From: Felis catus
Lineage: Eukaryota
DNA: 64,000 nucleotides
Direction of reading: 5' to 3'
Assembly: GCF_018350175.1 (NCBI RefSeq)
Contig: NC_058368.1
Coordinates: forward strand, 19,036,001-19,100,000
Below, piece by piece: positions 1 to 12,665 of the stretch. Numbering within the stretch: the first letter of the stretch is position 1; the number at the start of each line of letters is the position of its first letter. A program made the position numbers and the translations under genes. Below the pieces are notes generated by a model. It had not been told where the DNA came from, ran no database searches, and worked only from the letters and a program-made list of their open reading frames with translations.

Positions 1-451
1 TTTCAGCAAATTCGTCAATATTTGTCCGTCCATGGTTTAAATTCCACCCTGAGTCAAGTTCTCCTTTGACCTTTGGCTGCATGGGGTCTAAACACAGCAG
101 GCGTGTCCAGGTACTTGTTTGTTGAAGGGGTGACAAACAGCGGATTCTTACAAAACCCCATCTAGGCCTACTGAAGCTTCAGTTCCAGTTCTGAACGCCT
201 TTACGGCAGGTGCAGCCTTGGGCCGGCCTACCTTATTTAGTGCCCTGGAAGATGAGAGTATTTATCAGAGAGCCAAAGTCTATTGCACACCTGATTTGCC
301 TTGTTGTTGCGCTGGAACAGCATGCTCGGTATTCCTTCGGGTGGCTGAGCCATTATTGTGTCTTAGATTGATAGATGTCCCCATTTATTGATGCCACCTC
401 TGTTCCGGCAAACTTGGCAACTCTGGTTAATGACCCTAATTGACTGTCACC

Positions 452-1560
452 TGTCGCAAGTTGACAGAGAGTCCCCGAGGGAGACCAGGTATGGATCTGC
501 AGGCTGGCTGAAAGACCGCAGAAACCCCCTGAAGCTTTGGCGTTGACAACCAGCTAAGCAGGAGTGAAAGGCAGGGAAGGAACAGTGTGAGTGGTGTTGG
601 GCACTTTCCACACACTAGAAGCTGAGAGCAAGGATAGTCGTGTGTCTGGCTCTCACCAGGTGATGGGCTGATATTTAATTCTCTGAAATAAAAAGCAAGT
701 CTCTACTCAAAGCAGCGTCTTGCTCCTGGAAGAAGCCTCCCTCCAGGCCAGCTATTCTGAGACCTGGGTGTGCAGCCGACCGGCTGGACCCGGGGCACCC
801 TCCTTCTGTCTGCCCGCAGCACCGAGGCCAGGTCACCTGGGGATAGGAGAGGGGGCTGAGATTGGAGGAAGCCCTTGATTTTATACTAACGTCTGACGTC
901 AGTTTATGTAACTGTTGGACATAACTTGAGGATGAGTGAACATGTTAGGTCTATTAGGCTCTTGCTCATGGTTTGGAGGAAAATTGTTGGGATCTCTACC
1001 CAGGGCAGTCACCTGGGGGGCTTACCCCCCGGGGGGGGTGTCATCCCAGTTGTCCAGTGACAGTGGTATGCTGGCATTTAATGGGGGAGTGTCAGGGAGC
1101 CCACTGTCCTGCTGTGAGCCTCTTGCTGCTTCCTTGCCCAACCCCATGTGCCAGCTGAGCTCCTGTGGCAGAACACTGCCCAGGTTGGAAAGGGTCTTAT
1201 TTTCTGGCCCCCATGAACACTCACAGATTTCTCAGGCTTTCCCCCATATTTTTGGACTCATCGGACCTTAATTTCACAGCCCTGCTGGTGACTGTGGCCA
1301 GTGGTACCAAACCCTTTTGAGGTGAGGTGAATACTTCCGGTTTCTGTGCGTTCCTCCATTTAGATTTCCGACTTAGCCTTTTTGCCTCCAACTGTCGAGC
1401 TTGCTGACTGGCACTGGCTTCACCCCCTCCTTCAGTACTATTGCAGCCTCCTGGTGCCCTCTGTTGCTGAGGTCAGGAGGTCAGCGGAACTGGGAAGACA
1501 CTTTGCGATGAGCAGCTTTATGGTTAAAAATTCATCCCGGGCTTTCATCTGGGCAGTTAC
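452..1560 (-). mobile_element. Possible LTR-like element in the SLC25A15 intron
   Basis: On the - strand: TGACGTCA (894-901), TATAAAA (879-885), a downstream ATTAAA (~674-679) and a terminal ...GACA at 452, resembling a U3-R-U5 layout; family and 5' boundary unclear. Confidence 0.3.
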
Positions 1561-1776
1561 GTTACATATCTGGTTGCTCCAGGTTGGATTTTTGGGCATG
1601 TGGGGATAGCCTTGGAACCTAGTTTTATAAAGCTTAGTGGCAGATACTCTGAAGTATTAATAATGGGTGCCTTTGGGGTGGTGGTGGGAGTATGGGTGAT
1701 TTTTTCCTCTCTCCTCCCCCCCACCCCCTCTTCTCTTCCTCCCCCCCCTTCCTCCCCTTTTGATTTTGTTTTATAT

Positions 1777-2747
1777 GTCATTGTGTCTTCTGGATGCTGT
1801 AACAAAATACCATCAATTGGGTGGTTTTTTTTTTTATACATAATTTATCGTCAAATTGGTTTCCATACAACACCCAGTGCTCATCCCAATAGGTGCCTTC
1901 CTCAATGCCCATCATCCACTTTTCCCTCTCCTCTACCCCCCATAAACCCTCAGTTTGTTCTCAGTATTTAAGAGTCTCTTATGGTTTGCCTCCTTCCCTC
2001 TAACTTTCCCCGCCCCCCCATATCCTCCCCCCTGGTCTTCTGTTAAGTTTCTCAGGATCCACATATGAGTGAAAACATGGTTATCTTTTTCTGCCTGACT
2101 TATTTCACTTAGCATTACACTCTCCAGTTCCATTCATGTTGCTGCAAATGGCCAGATTTCATTCTTTCTCGTTGTCAAGTAGTATTCCATTATGTGTATA
2201 AACCACATCTTCTTTATCCATTCATCAGTTGATGGACATTTAGGCTCTTTCCATAATTTGGCTATTGTTGAAAGTGCTGCTATAAACATTGGGGTACAAG
2301 TGCCCCTGTGTGTCAGCACTCCTATATCCCTTCGGTAAATTCCTAGCAGTGCTATTGCTGGGTCATAGGGTAGATCTAATTTTAATTTTTTGAGGAACCT
2401 CCACACTGTTTTCCAGAGTGGCTGCAAACTGGCTGGTTTAAACAAACCTTTGTTTCTCACAGTTCTGGAGACTGGAAAGCCCAAGGTCATAGTGCTGGTT
2501 GATTTGGTGTCTGGTAAGGGTCCACTTCCTGGTTTGTAGAGGGACACCTTCTTGCTGTGTCCTCAGTGGGTGGAGAGAGAGCTAGGTGGTCTCTTATAAG
2601 GACACTGATTCCATCCTGGGGGTTCTACCCTTGCGATTTCCTCTCCGTCTGATTACCTTCCAAAGTCCCTCCTGAAATACCAGCATAGTTGGGATTAAGG
2701 CTTCAGCATAGAAATTTGGGGGTGGGGGATACATTCGGTGCATAGCA
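1777..2747. mobile_element. MaLR LTR (MLT1-like), interrupted by an L1 fragment
   Basis: gctgtaacaaaatacca...ggtggttt | ggtttaaacaaa...tttctcacagttctggagactggaaagcccaagg...ggcttcagcatagaaatttgggggtggg...catagca, typical MLT1 wording. Confidence 0.75.
1829..2426 (-). mobile_element. 5'-truncated young LINE-1 (ORF2 C-terminus plus 3' UTR)
   Basis: ORF remnant [30 protein letters not shown]...; poly(T) on +; degenerate TSD aattgggtggttt / aactggctggttt. Confidence 0.92.
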
Positions 2748-2759
2748 CTATGACTGATG

Positions 2760-2930
2760 AAAGGAGCATGGGTTTTGCAGTCAGGCAGACCTGCGTTTGA
2801 ATCCTAGTATTGCTACTTGGTAGTAGCATGCGTTCTACGTATTCTGTGTGTTGTGTTGCCACATGACAGTTGGGGCGTTGCTGTCAGCCTCCCAGGGTTG
2901 TGAGACCCTTAGATGAAACACCACGTGCAG
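2760..2930 (+). mobile_element. MIR-like ancient SINE
   Basis: gagcatgggttttgcagtcaggcagacctgcgtttgaatcctag...ctactt. Confidence 0.55.
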
Positions 2931-3005
2931 GTTCCCAAGTGTTCCTCTCTTTGATGGTGGCTGTCCCTCACTGCCCGAGTGCTCTGCATGGCGAACGCTG
3001 AATGA

Positions 3006-3170
<165 letters not shown>

Positions 3171-3740
3171 TAAGCACTGCTTGGGCACAAGTGTTGGGTC
3201 TCTGTTGCCTTGCTGCGGTATTTGTATATTTTATATTGTACTCAAACTAAGTGAGAGAAATGGATTTATCTGCTCCAAAATACTGTTTTCAGAACTCTTT
3301 CCCCTGCCAGAGGATAACTTTCTGGACGGACTGCCTGTGATGGCTGCACCCACCCCCGCCCCCACATCAGAGCATTGTAGGCAGATATTTAATAGCTGGG
3401 AAGTAAGCCAGGAGCTAATACTGAGTGTTGAGTGCGTGAGGCATGATCCCCAGCTGTGTAGGAGGCACATAGCAGACAGCTTTGGAACGTGTCTGAGAGC
3501 TGAGCCTTCATAAGTATCAGTTTGGGCTCGGAGATGAATATTTGATGGCCATTCCCAGGTCTCACATGGGTGATCACCCCACATGCCAGGGTAACTTCCT
3601 TACTTCCCTCCCTGATCCTTCACATGTACCCAAAGAGGACCCATGTTCTAAAAAAACTCCTCAGAGCCCTTGTGAGCTACTCTGTGACCATCAACCCACT
3701 CTCCTCCTCAGTCTTTTTTTTTCTAATAAATATTGCCTCA

Positions 3741-3755
3741 TTTTTTCATTTACTT

Positions 3756-3817
<62 letters not shown>

Positions 3818-3925
3818 CCCAAGCAGGATCCACACTCAGCACTGAGCCCAACACGGGGCTCAATCCCATGACCTGAGCCAAAATCAAGAGTCTGACACTC
3901 AACCAACTGAGCTACCCAGGTGCCC
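3741..3925 (-). mobile_element. Can-SINE with (GA)n tract at 3759-3811
   Basis: Reverse of the GGGCACCTGGGTAGCTCAG head, CT-rich middle and A-tail. Confidence 0.88.
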
Positions 3926-4067
3926 TTCCCCCTCAGTCTTTTAATGAGACCATATATTCATTTATTGAACATAGTATTCTTATACATCTATTAGGCCACA
4001 TTAGTTAATCATGTTTAAGTCTTCTTTATCTTTTTTCTATAAGCAAATTCTTCCAAAAATTTTTAAA

Positions 4068-4540
4068 ATTTAAATTTTAGTTAACATACAGTGCAGTATT
4101 GGTTTCAGGAGTGGAATTAGGTGATTCATCACTGACCTATGATGCCCAGTGCTCATCCCAAGTGCCCTCCTTAATGCCCATCACCCATTTAGCCCATCCC
4201 CCCACCCATCTCCCTCTGTCAACCCGTAGGTTGTTCTCTGTCATTGTCTCTTGTTTGTTTCCCTCCCTTCTCTTCCCCTGCCCTTCCCACATGTTCATCT
4301 GTGTTGTTTCTTAAATTCCACATATGAGTGAAATAATATAGTATTTGTCTTTCTCTGGCTTATTTTGCTTAGCATAATACCTTCTAGCTCCATCCACATC
4401 ATTGCAAATGGCAATGTGTATATATTTACACACACGCTACATCTTTATCCATCAGTCAGTGGACACTTGGGCTCTCTCCATAGTTTGGCTATTGTTCATT
4501 ATGCTGTTATAAACATTGGGGTACATGTACCCTTGGAATC
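4068..4540 (-). mobile_element. LINE-1 3' end fragment
   Basis: tagttaacatacagtgcagtattggtttcaggagt...attccacatatgagtgaaat, carnivore L1 3' UTR. Confidence 0.88.
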
Positions 4541-5574
4541 TTTTTATCCTTTTCCCCTTCAGTCTTTAAAATAGATTCTAGTTACCTCATGAGAGTGTGT
4601 CATATACAGTATGATTTATTTGGATTCTCAAGCAATTTATTGTCTTTGTTAATCTCAACACTTGTTTATTTATCTTAACATCTGGCTGACCAAAGTTCTC
4701 GTCAGTGTGGTTTACTCAAAGTCTGTAAATCTGCTGGGAAAAAAACAGATAAATCAGCCATTTACAGAGTTAGTCTCCTCCTAGTGAGGATGGTGTTTGT
4801 ATAACAGAGCTCTATATCCTGTACCCTTGAGATTCATTACAGCCAGTTTGAATCTAGTCCTAGCTTAGGGGTCCAAAAATGTAAGTCTTTAAAACTTTTT
4901 ATTGAACTATAATACATATGCAGAAATCATAAGTGTGGGGTTCTATAGTCCTAAAACAAACATAGTTGAAACCAGGGCCCAGATCAAGAGGTAGAACATT
5001 AACAACACCCAGAAAGTTGCTCTCATGCCCCTTAGTAGTTTAAGGTACTTTTAAGAAAGTAAATATTGGGGCCAAAGACTTAGGAAACTGGATACCTTGC
5101 ACAAAAGTAAATATCGGTTGACTGTATTTTAGGTGTGGCAGTGCCCACGCAGGGGTATAGTAGCTTAGGGTTAAAACTTGGATTCAAAGGCACTGAGTTG
5201 AATTACTTTGTTACATTCCCATTGTAGAATGGGAGCTGAGTTGCAGGAAGGACCTGGCCAGTAGGTGATGCCTGAGGAAGCCTTCTGAAAGGCCTTTTAT
5301 TACCTTCGGTTTGATCCTCCACTGGTCCAAGCCAGGGTCACCTGCTGAGCTAAGTGAGAAGCGAGGGGTTCTCTACACTGCACTGAGCAGGTGTTTCTGG
5401 TACTGTTTTTCTGATGGGTAAAGCCTGCCATGGTGCCCACCGTCAGGAAGAGGGGTCTAGCAGAAAGTGTCCTGCATCCCGGCTGCTACAAGGCTCTGAG
5501 CAGCTTGAAATAAAAATTATTACATACCTACTTCTTGAAAAACTAAATTCTTGGTGCTTCTTGCCCTACAGGAA

Positions 5575-5737
5575 TTTTTTTGAGAGAGAGGGCACAAGCA
5601 GGGAGGGGCAGAGGGAGGAGACAGAGGATCCAAAGCGGGCTCTCTGAGGACAGCAGAGAGCTTGATGTGGGGCTCAGACTCACCAACCGTGAGATCATGA
5701 CCTGAGGCAAAGTCAGACTGAGCCACCCAGGTGCCCC
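5575..5737 (-). mobile_element. Can-SINE
   Basis: ...gagatcatgacctgag...ctgagccacccaggtgcccc. Confidence 0.88.
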
Positions 5738-6837
5738 ACCCTCCAGGTATTTCTAAGAATTTCCTTTGTCTTGCCTTCAAGTAACATTTACTCCGTTGTT
5801 CATTTCCCAGTACTAGCACAGAGGAAAACAAACCTGAAGCACCTGAACCAAGTGCCTCAGTACACATCAGTTCAAAACAAAGGTTGGGGAGGGTAGGACT
5901 GGTGGGAGGTAGGGGCCTGGGCAAATACAACACCATTTTATTTTTGCTGAGTTTGTACAGCTCCTTATTGTAATTTCACTCATTTGCTGTTGGAAAAAGA
6001 TGGGTATTGGCTCTCTTACATCTTTGATAACGACCTCTAGAATGTATGAATGCACTTTTTATTTTCAAATGAAGAACTAAGGAATTTGTTTATTGAGGGC
6101 CAGAGGATACAAGCCATAAAAAAAAAAAAAAAAAAAAAAGCTTATCTGGCTTTCACAAACCTCTCTTTCTCTGCTTGCCAAACGGGGTTGGATTTTATTT
6201 GCACATCTTCGGAGGGTCCTTCACACGGGGCGGGGGTGGGGGGAGCTGTGGGGCAGATTCCTGAAGAGCCCCTCCAGAGAGGGGTCCTTGGGTGGGAGGG
6301 CTGGGAGTGATGCCCGGTGCTGTCTGCGTCTTTCCCTTCTGCTTCGTGTGTGCTACAAAAGTCATTGCATGTGATGTGAGCCCAGCAGTTAGCCAAAAGG
6401 AACTCTGTGAGCTCCCTTTGCCACGTCCGTTCTGGTCCGGGTCCATCGCTTGTTTTGTCCACGGCCGGAGCACCTGATTTTCCAAAACTCCAGGGAACTC
6501 CTTTTCCATGTGTACTCTCAGGCCCTCCTTTGCTGAGTAGGCTCGATCCCCAGCCCACTTGGGATGTGTGAACACCATGCTTCCGTGTGAGACGGGGTTC
6601 TGGTGCAGTCTGTTGAAATCTTGGTGGGGGGTGTGGTGGGCACACCCAGCTTTGTACAAATGCACTTTAATGAAATGTCTTTGTCATCGGATAGTTTATG
6701 AGAACACTGGTCCTAAAATAACTGCGCTTCTCGGAGATTTCCTCTCAGTAGAAGCCGTCTGTTCTCAGAATCCGGGTCCCTTGGTTTCTAGAATCAGCCG
6801 CTGCCTGCCCTAAGCGCGGCTCACTGTCTCCTCACAG

Positions 6838-7007
6838 CACAGTCTGGTCCGTGGTGAAGAGCGTCCTCAGGAAGGACGGCCCCTTGGGCTTCTACCACGG
6901 CCTCTCCAGCACTTTACTCCGCGAGGTGCCAGGCTATTTCTTCTTCTTCGGCGGCTACGAACTGAGCAGGTCGTTTTTTGCATCAGGAAGATCGAAGGAT
7001 GAACTAG
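6838..7007 (+). CDS. SLC25A15: SLC25A15 internal coding exon, 170 nt
   Basis: ctcctcacag|C ACA GTC...GAA CTA G|gtaggt; [56 protein letters not shown]; the LLREVP motif (ORC1-type Arg-Glu) plus introns distinguishes it from intronless SLC25A2. Confidence 0.97.
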
Positions 7008-7898
7008 GTAGGTGTGCCCACGTTGACCCAGTCGGCTGGGATGGGCTGTGCCCCAGAGTGGCGTGGTGGCCAGGTGTGCTGTGGGAGTCTGTCTGGCGTT
7101 TCTGGAGGCCGGCAGGGAACTTGGCACCTTCCTGTCGGTGTGGTAATGTCCCCGGGATGGGGATGAAGCCGTGCATCCCAAACTTCTTTACTGGAATAAC
7201 ATGTGTTAGGGGAGAATATCAAAATTACCTTCCCTGTGGGAAATCTCCAATAAATGGGTGAATGGCCCATAAAGGATTTTGCAGTAAGCTTAAAACTTGG
7301 TAATAAATCTCAAGAGTGTTTCCAGAGCGCTGAAAAGTGTAGTCCTTTCTAGATAATCCTATTGAGCTGCTTGACTCATGTCATGACTCATGACAAACCA
7401 TGGCCACGTTTGGCTCCCATGAACGATTCCTTTTTTTTCTCAAACACCTCCCTTCAGTGTTTCGGACTCACTCTGGGGTTCGGCAGCTCCCAGGCTTAAC
7501 CGTTGTGCTTAATAAGACAATTTGGGTTTTCATGGTAAAGGAAGAATCAGGGCCGTGAGGCATTAAAATATCGAAACACTTGAGAGTGAGAGAGGTGAAG
7601 AGATTGTGCCTGTGTCTCAGTGGCCACCGTTCTCATTCCTCCCGGCGGGGCGTGCTGCTTCTGTGTGGGCCGGCCCTCTGGAAGACAGGCCACAGTGATC
7701 AGCACGGACCTGGCACGATGAGGGGCCGACCCCGAGTGCCGCAAGGGACCTTGTGCCCGCAGAGCTTTGGCCGCTCCTTCTGAGGACTGTGCTCTGCGCA
7801 TTAGCAATTTTATTTGCACCTGCCTGCAGCCGCTGCTACCCTGACCTCTGGAAATGCTGTCTTGAGGCAAAACGCTGTTTGCTGATTTCCTCGCCTAG

Positions 7899-8057
7899 GC
7901 CCTGTCCCTTTGATGTTAAGCGGTGGAGTTGGTGGAATCTGCCTCTGGCTGGCCGTGTACCCAGTGGATTGCGTCAAATCCAGAATCCAAGTCCTTTCCA
8001 TGTCTGGAAAACAGGCCGGATTTGTCGGAACCTTGATAAGCATCGTGAAAAATGAAG
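7899..8057 (+). CDS. SLC25A15: SLC25A15 internal coding exon, 159 nt
   Basis: ttcctcgcctag|GC CCT...AAT GAA G|gtgagt; (G)[52 protein letters not shown] with the third carrier motif PVDCVK. Confidence 0.97.
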
Positions 8058-8605
8058 GTGAGTCCGCTCGTTTTAGAAACAGAGTAGGTGTGTCCAGTGT
8101 GGTCGTTTCTCCGCCAACCTTCCCGAGGTCGATCAGGGAGTGTGGTTGCGCTCTCCCCCTGCCGCCTCTCTCCAGCCCTGGTGCTGTTTTCACACCCTTT
8201 CTTTAGACCCCTTTCATCCTCAGCCATGTTTGAAGTTGTTATTCTTCACTTCTGGGCCAGGAGTCTTTGTTCTGAGTCACCTGGGGGGAATTTTTAAAAT
8301 ACGGTCTGTGTCCAAGGGGATGAATGTTTTGAGGCCGCACCATTTGTTTTACATAATACAGATGGGATCAGAAAAGACCTCTGACAGAGACACTGAGGGA
8401 TTTAAAGGAACGCGCAACAAATTCTTAATGCTAAGTCCTCCTGAAGGCAATTTGCTATTCATTTTGAGAGTTATACAGGAATATAAAGACTCTCCAGGTG
8501 GTGTTTGTATAAAGCCAGTTTCATGCCACTAGTGAGTCAAGACCTGTTCTTCTGGCATCCACTATACAACTTGGGATGTGAACTTCTCTGTCTTGATTAA
8601 AAAAA

Positions 8606-9016
8606 TTTTTTTTTTAATGTTTATTTTTGACAGAGCACATGCAGGGGAGGGGCAGAGAGAGTGGGAGACACAGAATCTGAAGCGGGCTCTGAGCTGTCAG
8701 CACAGAGCCCGATGTGGGGCTCGAACTCACGAACCATGAGTTCATGACCCGAGCTGAAGTCAGACGATTAACAGACTGAGCCACCCAGGTGGCCCTTGAT
8801 TTTTTTTTTAATGTTTATTTTTGGGGGTGGGGGCAGGGGAGGAGGGAGAGAGAATGAGAACATGAGTGGGGGAGGGCCAGAGAGAGAGAGAATCCCAAGC
8901 AGGCTCTAAACTGTCAGCTCAGAGTCAGACGCAGGGCTCAGTTCCACAAATGATGGGATCATGACCTCAGCCAAAACTGAGTTGGACGCTTAACCGACTG
9001 AGCCACCCAGGTGCCC
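8606..9016 (-). mobile_element. Two tandem Can-SINEs (~8606-8795 and ~8800-9016)
   Basis: Two gagccacccaggt heads on -; the flank cttgatt recurs at both ends and between them. Confidence 0.9.
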
Positions 9017-9352
9017 TTGTCTTGATTTTGAGCGAGAGCACAGTTACGGTGTGTGGCAACAGTTTGGTTCATGTCCCAAAGCTGCAGAACACTTGATAGT
9101 TTCACAGAGTCCTCCCACCTCCCTTACCCACCTGGATCTGCATAGGCAGCTTGGGCAGTGCCAGCAGTCGACACGGGACTCGGACTTAAGCGCCCGTGCT
9201 CTTCGCCCGATGCCTTATGGTCCCTGCCCCCCCGGGGGCCCTGGGCTGCCAGGTGAGGCCTCCACTCTGCCTGATCCATTTCCTGGGGATGAACCAGGCA
9301 TGAGATTAGTGTGTGTTACCTGAGCATCTGCCAGCTTTGCTGGGAGGCCTGA

Positions 9353-9652
<300 letters not shown>

Positions 9653-11750
9653 AGTGTCCTGGTGAACCTAGATCCAAGTATCGGCGTTTGAGGACGACAG
9701 TTCATCTCAGGGTTTCGTGGAGTACAAGACCAATGTAGAATTACTTTGGTTTCATAAGAATTTTATTTTTTGGTCTTCCCTTATCCTACCCTAAATCTTA
9801 AACTTTATGGAAGAGCCTCTATTTTATATCCTATAATTTTTGCCTGTAATCAAATAGAAAAGTTGCTGCTCTTGTCCTCGGTGGGGCATTTAGGGTGAGC
9901 CGCTGGCCCCTATGTCCAATCTGAAAGGCTAAATATAGTTCTGTCAGGGCTTTTGCATAAACCTGTATGTGTCCATGCAGTTTGGATGGTTGCATGTTGT
10001 TAAAAAAGCAAGGCTGGTTCCATGTTTAGTCTCAGATCTCACCAGAAAAACCCAGAGGTAACCATGTTCATGAAACGGCTATAAACGCATACTTGACTCA
10101 TTGTAGATGTAGGGTCTCTTTTAAAATCTGCTTAGCACATGCACTACACTAAGCAGCTAAAATTTTAAAAAGTTTTCCTGTGGTGCTTGAAAACTAAAAT
10201 ATCAATCTAGAACTGGTAGAGGAGAGCACACTTGCATACTGGCGTGGCTTCCGTGTTACTGATACAAATTTAGAGTAAGCATCTTGGAATTTCCCAAGAT
10301 GTTCTATTAAAATAGTGCCATTCATTTTCTAGATGGGGCCACATTCTAGGTGGGATCTAGGCCTAGAGCGGCGTAGCCTTACCTGTGCCGACTTCCCTTC
10401 TCCCCTCCCAAAGAACTTCCCCTCTGCTGGGCTTTAGGTTGAGGAAGGGGCTGAGGGGAGGGGACTGTGCTGCTTTGCTTTGTGAAGACCAATGACTGAC
10501 AGCAGCCCTTAGCTTCTGTCTCTGGGTCCTGGCCTGGGTAGGATTCCAGAGTATTCCTTTGGACCACCTATGGGCTGTTGATCCACTTTTGAACACTCAC
10601 TCATTGCCTCACCGATCAGAAACCCTTCCAGGGAGCAGAGTGCCAAAGCCAAGAGAAGCCCTTTTCCCTGGCTGGTGACTGAGTGATGGTGCTCGTGGGC
10701 AGAGTCCTCTCTCCGATGGAACTGGACACAACATAGTGCGTGTCCTCCACAGTGAGTGATGTCGGGGCTGGCCCTTTCTGAAGTTTATCTTGGGATCCGT
10801 AACTGCTTGCCATGTTTCTTACGGAGTTGGAGCCTTTTACATTTGGTACCAGCGGTCAGTGGATCCTCATGATGATTATATATAGGGGGTGACTTTATAA
10901 AGCAAGGAAACAAGCCGAGTAATTAAGTTCTGCCATATGTATGCACTAACAACAACCACAGAAGCTCAGGTCACCTGGTCTAAGAGGATCCTTCTTGTCA
11001 CCACTTAGGCCAGCCCCATCATTCCGTGCTGCTCCAAGACCAGCAAGGACTCTCTCGGTAACAAGTGTTTTTAAGCAGGCTGACCTGTGTCTGTCCCGTG
11101 TGCTTCTGTCCTTGTTGGCACGATGAAAGCCTTGCGTGAAACCTCCGGTTTCCTTAAGCTTTGTGTTCTGCAAAGCTTCTGACATGCCCAAAGCAGGAGG
11201 GTCAGGGAAGTGACATGCTCACCCATGGGGGCTGCTGTGGACATTTGGGGAGGGGTGCTCAGTGTTGTGCCTGATGGACTCTGGAGCAATGGCTGGTCAG
11301 CCACCTGCGTTTTCTTTGAAAGAAAGTCCTTTTTCTACCTTTTCTCTCCATACCTTAAGTGGTCAGTAGCTACTGAGTGGTGCTTCATCTGAACAGGCCT
11401 GGACCGAAGCAAAATAGAAAACGGGGCTGGCTTCCAGCAGGAAGTGAGCTACCTGAGAATCCGTGAGCCCATCTGAGTTAGGCCTGTTGGCAGGGGACCT
11501 TCTCATACGTTGTCCTTTTAAGATTCAACTAAACATCTGCAATAGTAGCAGTCCGAGGCAAGGAAGAGAGTAAGGAATGAAACCTAAATCAGGGGAATTT
11601 TTTTTTCCATTCTATTTGCTTAATTCATGGTTCAGTATTTGAATACAATTTGTACCATTTCAGATCTGTACTCCAAAAATAGTAAGTTGAAGTTGTGTGT
11701 TTAAAGCAATTCTGGTGTTCTATCATTAAATTATTTACCTAAAATTTGAG
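9653..11750 (+). other. SLC25A15: Probable SLC25A15 3' UTR
   Basis: About 2.1 kb of repeat-free sequence after the stop; ATTAAA at 10306-10311 and 11725-11730, the latter followed by GT/T-rich sequence; the 3' end is inferred. Confidence 0.6.
11725..11730 (+). terminator. Candidate polyadenylation signal (ATTAAA) of SLC25A15
   Basis: ATTAAA followed ~30 nt later by gagttgttttaagtatttt, a GU-rich downstream element. Confidence 0.5.
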
Positions 11751-12476
11751 TACATGAGTTGTTTTAAGTATTTTACATGCTAAGAACCAACTGTCAGGAC
11801 TGCTTAAGAGTATAGTAAGGTTTCAAGGTGGTGGCTTCATTGCAATGAGCATTTTTTTTTTTTTTTTTTGGTCAGCATCATTCCTGATGTAAAATAATTT
11901 CACTGTAAGTAAATTGACAAAAATGTGTTCTTTATTACACTGCAGTTGTGAAACTTGGCCCGCTAGCATTAATCTCCCTCTGCCAGGTGGTACCTGTGAT
12001 GTTTCTGATGGGGCAGGATGCTGTTCTATTTCTAAAAAATAGTGAAACTTGCTATTCAGTTTTGGATAATTCTATTCAGGGTAGTAAATTCTATTTAAGA
12101 AAACTGGTATCGTTCTGATGTATTATGATGTAAGTTTTTCGAGTTGTTCAAAGGAAGTATTTACATTGGGTTCTAAGGTGGAAACCTCCCATAAAATCTC
12201 TTTATAGGAGCAAAAGCACGACAGTGTGGCACCTCATAAGGGCCAGGAATCTTGATGCACCTTAGAGGGTTAGAGAAGAGAAACCCCGGCTATGATACTT
12301 CAAAAAACAAGAGACTTAATGGGGGTTTCCTTCCGTCCTTCTTGCCAGTATTGAGAAGGGCTAGACCTTACTGCTCCTCACTGAGCCAGCTCGGTATTTT
12401 CCCACTGACCTAAGCCTGCCACCTGATCTGCCCGCTGTAGCTCACTGCTGCATGGGTTTTAAAGGATACAGTACAG

Positions 12477-12665
12477 AGGCATCTGAGTGGCTCAGCTGGT
12501 TAAGCATCTGACTTCAGCTCAGGTCATAACCTGGCCATTTGTGAGTTTGAGCCCTGTGCTGACATCTCAGAGCCCGGAGCCTGCTTCAGATTCTGTCTCC
12601 TTTCTCTGCCCCTCCCCCCTTGCACTGTCTCGCTCTCTCTCTCAAAATTAAACATTAAAAAAATT
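12477..12665 (+). mobile_element. Can-SINE between the two 3' ends
   Basis: TSD tttaaaggatacagtac / tttaaaggaaacagtac. Confidence 0.9.

Noticed and set aside
6851..7261. ORF extensions beyond the SLC25A15 exons (also 7910-8206 and 9356-9527)
   Set aside because: Carrier similarity stops exactly at canonical splice sites; the extensions are chance intronic read-through.
12477..12560. tRNA-like A/B boxes
   Set aside because: These are heads of tRNA-derived Can-SINEs, not tRNA genes; the same applies to all other copies.
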